DNA from: a virus
Taxonomy: Duplodnaviria > Caudoviricetes
DNA length: 64,000 nucleotides
Virus record (IMG/VR): IMGVR_UViG_3300014039_000028
Span: 1-64,000 of that record
Reading direction: 5' to 3' (one strand)
How positions within the stretch are numbered: position 1 is the stretch's first letter; each line of letters begins with the position of its first letter. Made by a program: the position numbers and the translations under genes. The notes under the pieces were generated by a model that was given only the letters and a program-made list of their open reading frames with translations, was not told the origin of the DNA and did not search any database. Shown piece by piece: positions 38,458 to 46,629 of the stretch.

Positions 38458-39264
38458 TTAGTTCTCCTTTCTCACTCCACCGCTGCAAAAGAAATCGTCC
38501 TCCACAGGGATGCAACCGTAGAGCGCGCCCATCGGCTCCGAGCAGAATCTCTTTCCGAACATGTTCGCGATCTTCTTTCTGCCCTTGACAGTCACAAGCG
38601 TCTGCGCGCCGGTTTTATCGCCGTTGACGTACTCCTTGAGAGTGAAGTAGCCGTTATTGGTCTCGGCGTATGGTCTGAGCTGCTGTTTCTTGTCTCTGTA
38701 AAGATATCCCGCGGCAATTAGTGAACGTATCATTTCGCGCTCCCCAATGTGCAGTTCTTTGGCGGTCTCTCGGAATGAAAGATTGTTTCCACGGTCAATG
38801 AGCGCGTCAAAATAAGTGACCTTCGGCGTATCAGCCTTGACTTTCTCGTTGAGTCTCTTTACCGTCTCAAGGGTCGAGCGGAAAAGTATCTTCGTCTGCT
38901 CGTCCGCGTAGGGCAAATATGTGTCGATGAACATATCGTCATTTGCCACATAGCCGCCAGTACGCCTTATCGTCGGGATGATTTCATCAGCAACAAGCGC
39001 CTGAAATCGTTCCGCAGTTTCATTCTTGGCTTTCATTGCGAGACGGTAGAAGATATTTTCGGGGATGTAATCGTCGTGCCCACAAGTGGGCACGCCCAGT
39101 TCCTGCAAATACCCGTCGACTCGCTTCCATCTGACAACTTCGTTGCCACTGGCGGCAATGCGAGTAAATCCCAGCCCACGGGCAACAGCCTCAAGATTGA
39201 GGTATGCAGTTCCGTCCTTTTCGTAGCAGTCCACACCGCTGATGTTCATAATTTCGTTTGGCAT
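38458..39264 (-). CDS. antirepressor with ANT/KilA-C C-terminus
   Basis: IPENIFYRLAMKAKNETAERFQ; DTPKVTYFD...QTLVTVKG. Confidence 0.8.
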   Translation of the reverse strand: MPNEIMNISGVDCYEKDGTAYLNLEAVARGLGFTRIAASGNEVVRWKRVDGYLQELGVPTCGHDDYIPENIFYRLAMKAKNETAERFQALVADEIIPTIRRTGGYVANDDMFIDTYLPYADEQTKILFRSTLETVKRLNEKVKADTPKVTYFDALIDRGNNLSFRETAKELHIGEREMIRSLIAAGYLYRDKKQQLRPYAETNNGYFTLKEYVNGDKTGAQTLVTVKGRKKIANMFGKRFCSEPMGALYGCIPVEDDFFCSGGVRKEN

Positions 39265-39420
39265 TTGCTATGTTCCTTTCTGATTCTATGTAGTTCTTCT
39301 GAGGTGTTGGGATGGTAGCATAGCTGTCAAGCGCAAAATCGGCGTTTTCCTTGGTTTTGATGTAAAAAGCGCGGATTTTTGTATTGTATCCATAATGCTT
39401 TGTCCATCTACGCAGCAAAG

Positions 39421-39583
39421 TTTGTGCAGTTCTCCCCACGTAGTCGGGTGTTTTTCTGTGGCTCTCCTCGACCTTGTGGGGTGATTCTGTACAGATCCCC
39501 CGACGTAGTGACCTAATGTTGTACAGCCCTCCCGGAGGACGTTTTGGGAACGTAGTGACCTGTTTCTGTGCAGTTCCCCTAAC
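39421..39583. repeat. about five degenerate 31-33 bp tandem repeats
   Basis: recurring ACGTAGTGACCT and TGT(A/G)CAG..CCC motifs. Confidence 0.45.
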
Positions 39584-39722
39584 AAGCTTTTTGCGGTGAT
39601 ATGGTGTAGAAATAAAGCAACTGAACATCCATATTAAATGTTGCGGCGGTGAAGTCCCGCCAGTTGTCGAACTCGCCTTCGTGCAGCTCGCCCTCACACA
39701 GCCATTCGGCATAAATCTTCAT
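39579..39722 (-). CDS. small hypothetical protein, 47 aa (MKIYAEWLCE...)
   Basis: read manually; GGAG RBS. Confidence 0.4.
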   Translation of the reverse strand: MKIYAEWLCEGELHEGEFDNWRDFTAATFNMDVQLLYFYTISPQKAC

Positions 39723-39731
39723 TTCCGTGTA

Positions 39732-40154
39732 TTACATCTCCTTTATCAGTTTTATAAAGCCCTGCTGGTTGAGGTTCTTGAGCCAAATATGCAGGAACTC
39801 GTCAAGGCTCACGCGCAGACGCTGCGAGTACATCATCTGGCCGTCCACGTCCTTGTAAACTTCGTCGTAGCTCCCGGTATAGTCATTTCGGAAAAGTACC
39901 GGCTCAATGGTTTGTGCGGCTTCGTCGACCGCAAACTCGATCTCAGGATCAGCCATAAGGTCGTCGTTCAGCTCAGAGTAATGCGCGATGTAATACACGG
40001 GACGGCCTTTATAATCCGAGAAGTAAAGGAACTCGGCGGCAAGGCGCGTGTACGGTTCATTCTCCACACTGATATGAAAGTCGTGTCGAGAAAGCGCCTC
40101 CAAGATGGGGCGCAAGTCCTGATAGTTCTGCTTCGCGTGTTTCAGTTCGGTCAT
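39732..40154 (-). CDS. DUF1249/DUF6908-like protein
   Basis: IAHYSELNDDLMADPEIEF motif. Confidence 0.55.
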   Translation of the reverse strand: MTELKHAKQNYQDLRPILEALSRHDFHISVENEPYTRLAAEFLYFSDYKGRPVYYIAHYSELNDDLMADPEIEFAVDEAAQTIEPVLFRNDYTGSYDEVYKDVDGQMMYSQRLRVSLDEFLHIWLKNLNQQGFIKLIKEM

Positions 40155-40573
40155 GTTCGTAAATCCTCCCAAGTATTTTGCGGGCGCGTGTTCACGCAAA
40201 ACCCGCAGTTCTTCTGTTGGCCGTGTTCAGGGGCGCGGAAACTTCCCAGTAAAATCCCGCGGGCGTGTTCAGCCCCCCCAAGACTTCCGCGCTCCCTGTT
40301 CACATTCCGGGGCGTGGTCGCTCAACTCTGCCCCGTTCGGTGATCCTGCCGGACACGTCCGGCGGCGGGTGCAATCTGTTTTCTTCGGGGAGATGCACCA
40401 GCTCCCCACGGCCTTACATCAGCACCCCGGCAGGCTGACCGCCGTTTATAGCGATGGGCGCGCGTCCTAATATCTCGCGCCGGGTTTAATCCTGTTTTCT
40501 TGCCCATGAGCGCCCGCCATATAGGCGGCTGGACTTGCACCAGCGGCGGCGGATGCCGTCGGCCTTGCGGGTA

Positions 40574-41461
40574 TTAAGCGGCGATTATGGCCGCGCGTAT
40601 TTGCTCGATGATTTCATATATCTTTGCGCTGCCGGTGCCGCTGTTGCGCTTGTAATAGCGCACAGAGTACCGCGGCGCGCCCTCGATAATGGTAACGCTG
40701 CATTGCGCAAAGCTGTTGAGGATCCACCCGCGAGTGCGCAAGGGAATTTTCACGCCGTGCGCGTCGGCTATCTCTACCAATAAAGCGCCGTCTTTTATCA
40801 AACCGCCGCGGGTAAAAATCTCCTCGGCCTTCTTTATCTCTTGCCGGTGCTGCTCTTCCTGCTCTGCTCTTTCCTTTGTTTCCTGCTCTTCACGTTCACG
40901 GCGGGCGGCTTCTTCTCTCGCTTCTCCATCGGCGCGCAGTTTTGCGGACAGCTCCGCGCACTTGCCAAGCTCCCCGAGTACAGCCGCGCCGACGAAGTCG
41001 GCGAACGTGCCGCCGTTGTCGCGGGCGTTGATGTAATTACGAACGCGAACGCGCAGACGATCCCGGATATAATCCGCTTGCCGTGCTGGGTCTGAGCCGT
41101 ACCGAAGTATTACGGGCTCTTCCAGCTCTCGCAGCCTGTTAACCTCGTCGCCGCTGCTCCTTTGCCAGACTCGCGCGCGTTATTCCCGTGTGCCGTATAG
41201 CTCCACGCAAGCCGGGAAAAAACCTAGAACATCGGTAAATTTATAATCTGTCATCCGCAGCGGCACTAAATAGTTGTTGATCTCGACATAAAGAAAATAC
41301 CTGTCGCGCTCGTTGGCGGGGTATTGGTTTTTCTCTGTACAGGTCCAAAGCTTGTACGACTCCGCGCCGTTGCTGACCTCGCGCACAAAATCCGCGCGGC
41401 AGTTTTTGCCCTCGCGGTTATACATGCCATTGACAAAAAGCGGCTTTTTTAACGTGCTCAT
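40574..41461 (-). pseudogene. about 295-codon gene interrupted by one in-frame TAA
   Basis: frame open 41461-41183 and 41179-40577; TAA at 41180-41182. Confidence 0.7.
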
Positions 41462-41558
41462 GTGGTAAAACCTCCGTATTTTTTAGGCTCAAAGCCTGTA
41501 AAAACGCCTTGCAATCAAGACGCTTTTACAGACTGCCGGGAAAAGCCCCGGCAAGCTG

Positions 41559-41717
41559 TTAATAGAGATAGTACCAGACAATAAATTTTGATTCTTTGCC
41601 GTCTGCGCTGCTCCATGGGGTATACCATGCTTTCCGCCTTTGCTTCCGGCGCTGTTCAACAAATTTCTTTGCCTGCTCTTCCGTGTCGACGAAATGGAAT
41701 GTTTCTTGATGCCTCAT
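41559..41717 (-). CDS. small hypothetical protein
   Basis: GGAG RBS. Confidence 0.55.
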   Translation of the reverse strand: MRHQETFHFVDTEEQAKKFVEQRRKQRRKAWYTPWSSADGKESKFIVWYYLY

Positions 41718-41719
41718 TT

Positions 41720-42016
41720 CTATATCTCCATTCTTGCAAATTCCCGCATTTCCGCGGCTATATCTTCCGGGGTATTCGCGAATTTCGCTAACCATTCCGG
41801 GAAGTGCTGCGATAAATAGGACTCAAGGTTTTCAAGATTTCCCGGCTTGCCTGCGATTTCCTTTATGGCGGCTACAAAATCCGACGCCGCTTTTGCTGTC
41901 TCATCAGTTGTGTAAACCACTTTGCAGGACTTTCCGCCGGGGCAAATAAATTCTCGATCTTTTCCGGCATGTTCGCAGCGGCTCCCGCAATTCTTGCAAT
42001 TGTCATGCTTAACCAT
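41720..42016 (-). CDS. hypothetical protein with N-terminal Cys cluster
   Basis: GAGGAGG RBS. Confidence 0.6.
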   Translation of the reverse strand: MVKHDNCKNCGSRCEHAGKDREFICPGGKSCKVVYTTDETAKAASDFVAAIKEIAGKPGNLENLESYLSQHFPEWLAKFANTPEDIAAEMREFARMEI

Positions 42017-42028
42017 TTTGAAACCTCC

Positions 42029-42382
42029 TCAAATAAAATACATAGTCCCGTCCAGCTCGACGGCGACAGCCTCTTGTTTCAGTTCGTCCCGCATACGGAC
42101 GGCAAAATTAACTACATCGTCCAAGTGCTCATCAAGCGCAGACTGCGCAGCATAGGCGAACACGGCGTTGTTGTCTTCGGTAATAAGCCCGTGCGCCTCG
42201 CTCATCCAGTAGCCGCGAACAGGCGTTGACGTTGCCCCGCCGAAGCACTGAGACAGCAGCGTAGCGGCCTCATGCACGTATGCGCTTGTATCGCCTGCCG
42301 TGTTTGCGTCAACGGTTCCGGGAACGTAAACCGTTATTTGGTGGCTGAGGCTGAAAGAGTTTTTCAAGATATTATTATTCAT
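42029..42382 (-). CDS. hypothetical protein (GlnB/ferredoxin-like alpha-beta pattern)
   Basis: ITVYVP...FGGATS....GYW...LKQEAV. Confidence 0.6.
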   Translation of the reverse strand: MNNNILKNSFSLSHQITVYVPGTVDANTAGDTSAYVHEAATLLSQCFGGATSTPVRGYWMSEAHGLITEDNNAVFAYAAQSALDEHLDDVVNFAVRMRDELKQEAVAVELDGTMYFI

Positions 42383-42425
42383 GTTCTGACCTCCTGCGCC
42401 CGTCTGGGCTTGTCTGACTGTATGT

Positions 42426-42454
42426 ATAATACACTGTTTAACAGTACATTGCAA
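42426..42454 (-). promoter_or_regulatory. promoter with palindromic operator TGTACTGTTAAACAGTG as spacer
   Basis: TTGCAA-17-TATTAT. Confidence 0.7.
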
Positions 42455-42504
42455 TTCGCAAAATGAACAAATAACGTACTGTTTAATAGTGCATATTGTA
42501 CGGC

Positions 42505-42533
42505 TTGACAGTACACGAAAAGTTATATATAAT
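42505..42533 (+). promoter_or_regulatory. consensus promoter
   Basis: TTGACA-17-TATAAT. Confidence 0.8.
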
Positions 42534-42555
42534 GAGTGATGAAAGGGGGCTATTT

Positions 42556-42783
42556 ATGGCCGTGAGTGATAGCAGGCGGCGAGCAAATAATAAATGGGAT
42601 GCTGCCAACATGACAACGCTTGGATGTCGAATGAAACGATCTGACGCGGAGGAATTCAAGGCGGCGTGCAAGGACTCCGGAACGACCCCGAACGCCGTTT
42701 TTAATACTGCCGTCGCCGAATTTATGCAGGATTACGCAGAAGAAAAATTATTGAATGGAGGAAAAAAACATGGGTATGAGTGA
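42556..42783 (+). CDS. Arc/RHH-like regulator
   Basis: MAVSDSRRRANNKWDAANMTTLGCRM...NAVFNTAV. Confidence 0.65.
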   Translation: MAVSDSRRRANNKWDAANMTTLGCRMKRSDAEEFKAACKDSGTTPNAVFNTAVAEFMQDYAEEKLLNGGKKHGYE

Positions 42784-42916
42784 TGCGCAATTTAAGGCTT
42801 TTTTGCGGGTGGCTCTTAGGGATTTAACGGAAGCCCTGAAAGCCGCCACACCTGAAGAGAAAGATGCTATTATAAAAGCCCTTGCCGACGACTTCCAGAA
42901 GTCGCTGGAGGATTAA
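42770..42916 (+). CDS. 48-aa protein MGMSDAQFKAFLR...KSLED
   Basis: read manually; GGAGG RBS. Confidence 0.65.
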   Translation: MGMSDAQFKAFLRVALRDLTEALKAATPEEKDAIIKALADDFQKSLED

Positions 42917-42932
42917 ACGGAGGTAAAAAACA

Positions 42933-43085
42933 GTGCCGACTGAGCAGGAAATGAAAGAAGCCCGGAAGGCGATAGCCTACGATCTTTTACAGATTATCGA
43001 GGCACAGCCGGAAAAACAGGCGTACACCGCCGAAGAGGTAAAAAAACTTATTAAACTTTACGTCAGCACGGCGAACCAAGACTAA
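42933..43085 (+). CDS. 50-aa protein MPTEQEMKEARK...ANQD
   Basis: read manually; GGAGGT RBS. Confidence 0.65.
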   Translation: MPTEQEMKEARKAIAYDLLQIIEAQPEKQAYTAEEVKKLIKLYVSTANQD

Positions 43086-43103
43086 AAAGGAGGGTATAAC
43101 AAT

Positions 43104-43244
43104 ATGAATATGTCCGAGAGTGCAAGAATTATAGTAGGCTTGCGCAGTAAAGGTTGGAACGATACCGATATAACAAACTTTATCCTTTGGGTAGAAACCG
43201 GCGAAGAGCAGTACAGACCGGAAAAGAAAGCCGAAGAAAAGTAA
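43104..43244 (+). CDS. 46-aa protein MNMSESARIIVGLRSKGW...
   Basis: read manually; AAGGAGG RBS. Confidence 0.65.
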   Translation: MNMSESARIIVGLRSKGWNDTDITNFILWVETGEEQYRPEKKAEEK

Positions 43245-43348
43245 AAAAGAATGTAAAAAGGCAAGAGAGCAGGCTTGAAAAACTTCGGTCTGCTCTCTTT
43301 TTATATAATTTGTACTGTTTAACCGTGCAAATTTGTGCAAATTGCGTC

Positions 43349-43377
43349 TTGCGCTGTACTGTTAAACAGTGTATAAT
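43349..43377 (+). promoter_or_regulatory. promoter with the same operator TGTACTGTTAAACAGTG
   Basis: TTGCGC-17-TATAAT. Confidence 0.7.
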
Positions 43378-43436
43378 AACACACGTAAATAAGAAAAACA
43401 CATCTGACAGATCAGATATTAAACGGAGGGTTAAAA

Positions 43437-44426
43437 ATGAAGTATTTCGCACAGTGCAAAAACCTTGAGGAACTCAAGAAGGAATTTAGACGGCTGGCCA
43501 TGATCCACCATCCCGACAGGGGCGGCGACGTCGAGACCATGAAAGAGATCAATAACGAGTATGACATGATGTTTCCCGTGCTCAAGGCCAAGACAGCCGC
43601 GCAGAGCACCGAAACCGCCCAGAGCACCCGCAGCGAGTTTTACACCGCGAACGGCTGGAAGGGCGAACGGTACGAAGCCGGGCGCAGTCTCAAGGAAATA
43701 GCGCAGCTTGTCCGCGCGTACATTAAGGAATTTTTCCCGGACTACCGTTTCAGCGTCCGCACGGCCTACGCTTCCATGTGTCAGGAACTTCACGTTGACA
43801 TGAAAGAAGCCCCCGCGGAGATCTTCAAGACCTATGAGGAAATGACAGACGATGATATTTCCGAGTGTTGGCGGAAGGCCACCCGCAACAGTGTATGGAC
43901 CCTCAACAGCTGGAACAAGGCCGAGGAGAAAGCCGAATTTGAAAGAATTTGGAGCAAGTACGGCGCATTTTACAAGTGCTTGACCGACAAGACCCGCGCG
44001 ACAGTGAAGGCCGTTGACGAGTATGTGAACAGCTTCAATTATGATGATTGCGATAGCATGATCGACTATTTTGACGTTAATTTCTATTACTTCGGATGCC
44101 TGCAAAGCCCCGGCGCCGTGAAGATCGTTCCCCGCGCTCCAAGAGCCGAGAAGCGCCCCGCCAAGGCCGAGAGCAAAGCCCCAGCACCGGCAGACAAGGC
44201 CGAGAAGCCCGAACAGATAGCCCCGGCAAAGCTCGCAGCGCTCCGCGTTGAGTTTAATACAGAACATGACGGGATCGAGGTTTATTTTAACTCCAAGCCC
44301 TCACAGGCCACACGTGACGCGCTCAAGGCCGCGGGGTATCGTTGGCATAGCGTTAAAAAATGCTGGTTCGCAAAACGCACCGAGGCGCATTTACAGGCGC
44401 TCAAAAAGATAGAAGACGCAGCATAA
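43437..44426 (+). CDS. J-domain-like plus LPD29-like polyvalent-domain protein
   Basis: ELKKEFRRLAMIHHPDRGG (HPD motif); EIAQLVRAYIKEFFPDYRFSVR. Confidence 0.7.
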   Translation: MKYFAQCKNLEELKKEFRRLAMIHHPDRGGDVETMKEINNEYDMMFPVLKAKTAAQSTETAQSTRSEFYTANGWKGERYEAGRSLKEIAQLVRAYIKEFFPDYRFSVRTAYASMCQELHVDMKEAPAEIFKTYEEMTDDDISECWRKATRNSVWTLNSWNKAEEKAEFERIWSKYGAFYKCLTDKTRATVKAVDEYVNSFNYDDCDSMIDYFDVNFYYFGCLQSPGAVKIVPRAPRAEKRPAKAESKAPAPADKAEKPEQIAPAKLAALRVEFNTEHDGIEVYFNSKPSQATRDALKAAGYRWHSVKKCWFAKRTEAHLQALKKIEDAA

Positions 44427-44475
44427 AAGCCGGGCATTTGCCCGGCTTATTTTTTGAGAAAATGTAAAGTTATGC

Positions 44476-44504
44476 TTGACAATCAGTATATACTGATGTA
44501 AAAT
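44476..44504 (+). promoter_or_regulatory. promoter with palindromic spacer ATCAGTATATACTGAT
   Basis: TTGACA-17-TAAAAT. Confidence 0.75.
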
Positions 44505-44545
44505 AGAATCATCCCAAAAGGGAAATCTAAAAAGGAGGTTAGGCA

Positions 44546-44662
44546 GTGGCAAAAAGGCAAAAGAAAGCCCCTGACAAGCTGGAGATCGTCCGCGTGGTTT
44601 TGGAGATGCTGGCATACATCGCGACCATAGCGGCGGCAGTCTGGCAGATAGTCAAGAGCTAA
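44546..44662 (+). CDS. 38-aa basic plus hydrophobic peptide MAKRQKKAPDKLEIVRVVLEMLAYIATIAAAVWQIVKS
   Basis: read manually; AAAGGAGG RBS. Confidence 0.65.
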   Translation: MAKRQKKAPDKLEIVRVVLEMLAYIATIAAAVWQIVKS

Positions 44663-44730
44663 TCCGACAAGGGGCGCGGCGGCGTAAGCCGCCCGCCCTG
44701 CCTGAAGCCATTATAAGCCAATGTAAGAAG

Positions 44731-44889
44731 ATGTGCAAGCGAAAGTTTAGAAACTCGGCGTTATATCTGTTGTTTGCGCTCAACTGTGTAAATGCGATTA
44801 AGCAGGGCGCTAACTGGATCTTTTGGGTCTCCGCGGCGCTTGTCGCAGCTGTCGCAGTCCTTGACATTATGGAGGCCGTGAAGAAATGA
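44731..44889 (+). CDS. 52-aa two-TM membrane peptide
   Basis: read manually; weak RBS; ATGA overlap with next gene. Confidence 0.5.
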   Translation: MCKRKFRNSALYLLFALNCVNAIKQGANWIFWVSAALVAAVAVLDIMEAVKK

Positions 44890-45083
44890 GCGAACGACCG
44901 CAAGACCGATACAACAAGGCCAAGACAACAACGGTATTACTCCGGCTCAACAAGTCCACAGACACGGATGTTATTAACGCATTAGAACAGCAGCCGAATA
45001 AATCAGGCTATATTAAATCATTGATCAGAGCAGACATTGAAAGGAGACAGAAAAATGAAGAAAATAATCAGCGATTGTTTTAA
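44886..45083 (+). CDS. RHH-like regulator
   Basis: QDRYNKAKTTTVLLRLNKSTDTDVI..LEQQPNKSGYIKSLIRADI. Confidence 0.7.
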   Translation: MSERPQDRYNKAKTTTVLLRLNKSTDTDVINALEQQPNKSGYIKSLIRADIERRQKNEENNQRLF

Positions 45084-45297
45084 TCTTGGCGGCGAACGCC
45101 TTTATAACGGTGAGCAGCTTTTACAGACCGTCCGGGAATACGGCGATTATATCGACCTTGACAGCGGCGTAACGATAAAGGCAACCGGGGACGGCAGATA
45201 TTATAACGATGCGGACGATCTCGACAGATACGCGGCGGTCTTTGATTGGGACGAAGACGCCGAGCAAGGCGAATTAATCGGATTCGTGCAGCTGTGA
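45055..45297 (+). CDS. acidic hypothetical protein
   Basis: AAGGAG RBS; terminator follows (about 45324-45348). Confidence 0.55.
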   Translation: MKKIISDCFNLGGERLYNGEQLLQTVREYGDYIDLDSGVTIKATGDGRYYNDADDLDRYAAVFDWDEDAEQGELIGFVQL

Positions 45298-45394
45298 AAC
45301 AACGCAATATAAAGCCCCTGAGACGGTCAGCAATGGCCGTCTTTTTTATCGCCCTTATGCAGATGTCGACCGGAGACACGATCCGCGCCCACGC

Positions 45395-45800
45395 CCTTTA
45401 TTATATATTACTTAGATTATATATTATATATCTAAGATGTTATATATACTGTGTGTATAGGTATATATTAATAACCTATGTAATATTAGAATATGCCGCC
45501 GTTCCCGTTCAGGACACCGAGCACCAGGAGCGCCCGCGCATGCGACCACCAAAGCCCGAACCAGACGCAAGGACGCGCCACAGCAGCCCGTAACAAGTGC
45601 CATATATCGCGCCCTATTCTTTATATGCCTTAGCCCCCCCAAGCCCAGCACCACACACGGCGGAGCTTTACACAGCCGCACAGCTCCCCCCCACCCTTTT
45701 ATATATAAATATCTAAGATATATATTATATATATTTAAGATTTATAATATATGTGTGTATGTAATGTGTATATATCTCTATAGGTATATATAAAATAAGC
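45395..45800. repeat. two related AT-rich, TA-repeat, quasi-palindromic blocks
   Basis: CTTAGATTATATATTATATATCTAAG at about 45411-45436; related block at about 45698-45795. Confidence 0.6.
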
Positions 45801-46086
45801 GCTACTAAGAAGAGAGAGCAAACACAAACAGAGAGAACATCACGCACAGCCGGAGCAAAGAGCAGAGCAATACCACAAAGAAAAGAGAGAACACCGCCAA
45901 GAGAAGCAAGGACACAGCAACACCCAACACAACACGCCGCTGACTGTCGAACCATGTTGATACAGTTCTTCAGACGGGGGAGTGTCGCCGATTCGCACTT
46001 GTTCACGATTTTGGGAGAAATCGCGAGATTTTGCGAGTTTTCAAAAGCTCCACAAAACCGCCGTCAGCGCAGCCGCGGCCGCTTAA

Positions 46087-46116
46087 CTCTAGTCATTTGT
46101 GTAATAATGACTAGAG
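46087..46116. other. perfect 11-8-11 inverted repeat
   Basis: CTCTAGTCATT-TGTGTAAT-AATGACTAGAG. Confidence 0.7.
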
Positions 46117-46629
46117 ATAGTGCCCCGCCCCCACTTCCAAAACCGCGCGGGGGCTTGATTTTTCAAGGTTTTCCGGTGGCAGTCCCATTCTCTCACTCAT
46201 TCACTTCCTCCCTCCAACCATCCCTCCTTTCCATCCCCTCCCCCCCTACTTAAAAATCGAATTTAAGATTTCAAAAGGTTCTCCGGGCGAAGTTGCTATT
46301 TATAGGTCAAATCCCCCTATTCAATTATAATCTGGTTGAAATGCAGATAATCATCCGCTCTGTTTTTGCGTTATTCGTGCCTGACGCGCTCTCTGGCGCA
46401 TTTTGCACGTCTCGGCGGTGTAGTTTTATCCCTGAATATTAAAATCGATTTTAAGGTCGTTCTCGCGCGTTTTAAGACGCATTGTTTTTGAGTGACTTTC
46501 AGCCCACTCTCGGATAATAACCGGGTCACACTCAACAACGCTTCGTCTGTCGGTCGGGTATGGTTGAGATAGTGACCGGCGCAGAACGCAAAAAAGAGGC
46601 CACCTCCGTAGAGATGACCTCTTGATATT

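Noticed and set aside
39421-39583. Mini CRISPR array
   Set aside because: Repeats are highly degenerate and mostly abut without unique spacers; no cas genes or leader.
37373-41461. Genome-wide stop-codon reassignment explaining the in-frame stops
   Set aside because: The two interruptions are different codons (TGA, TAA), both end many genes normally here, and long genes are intact under code 11.
45400-45800. Protelomerase (hairpin telomere) target
   Set aside because: The palindromes are imperfect and neither recombinase resembles a protelomerase in size or motifs.
45725-46006. Hydrophobic 93-aa ORF
   Set aside because: Explained by the low-complexity skewed tract; no RBS; Cys/Val/Ile/Tyr runs mirror nucleotide repeats.
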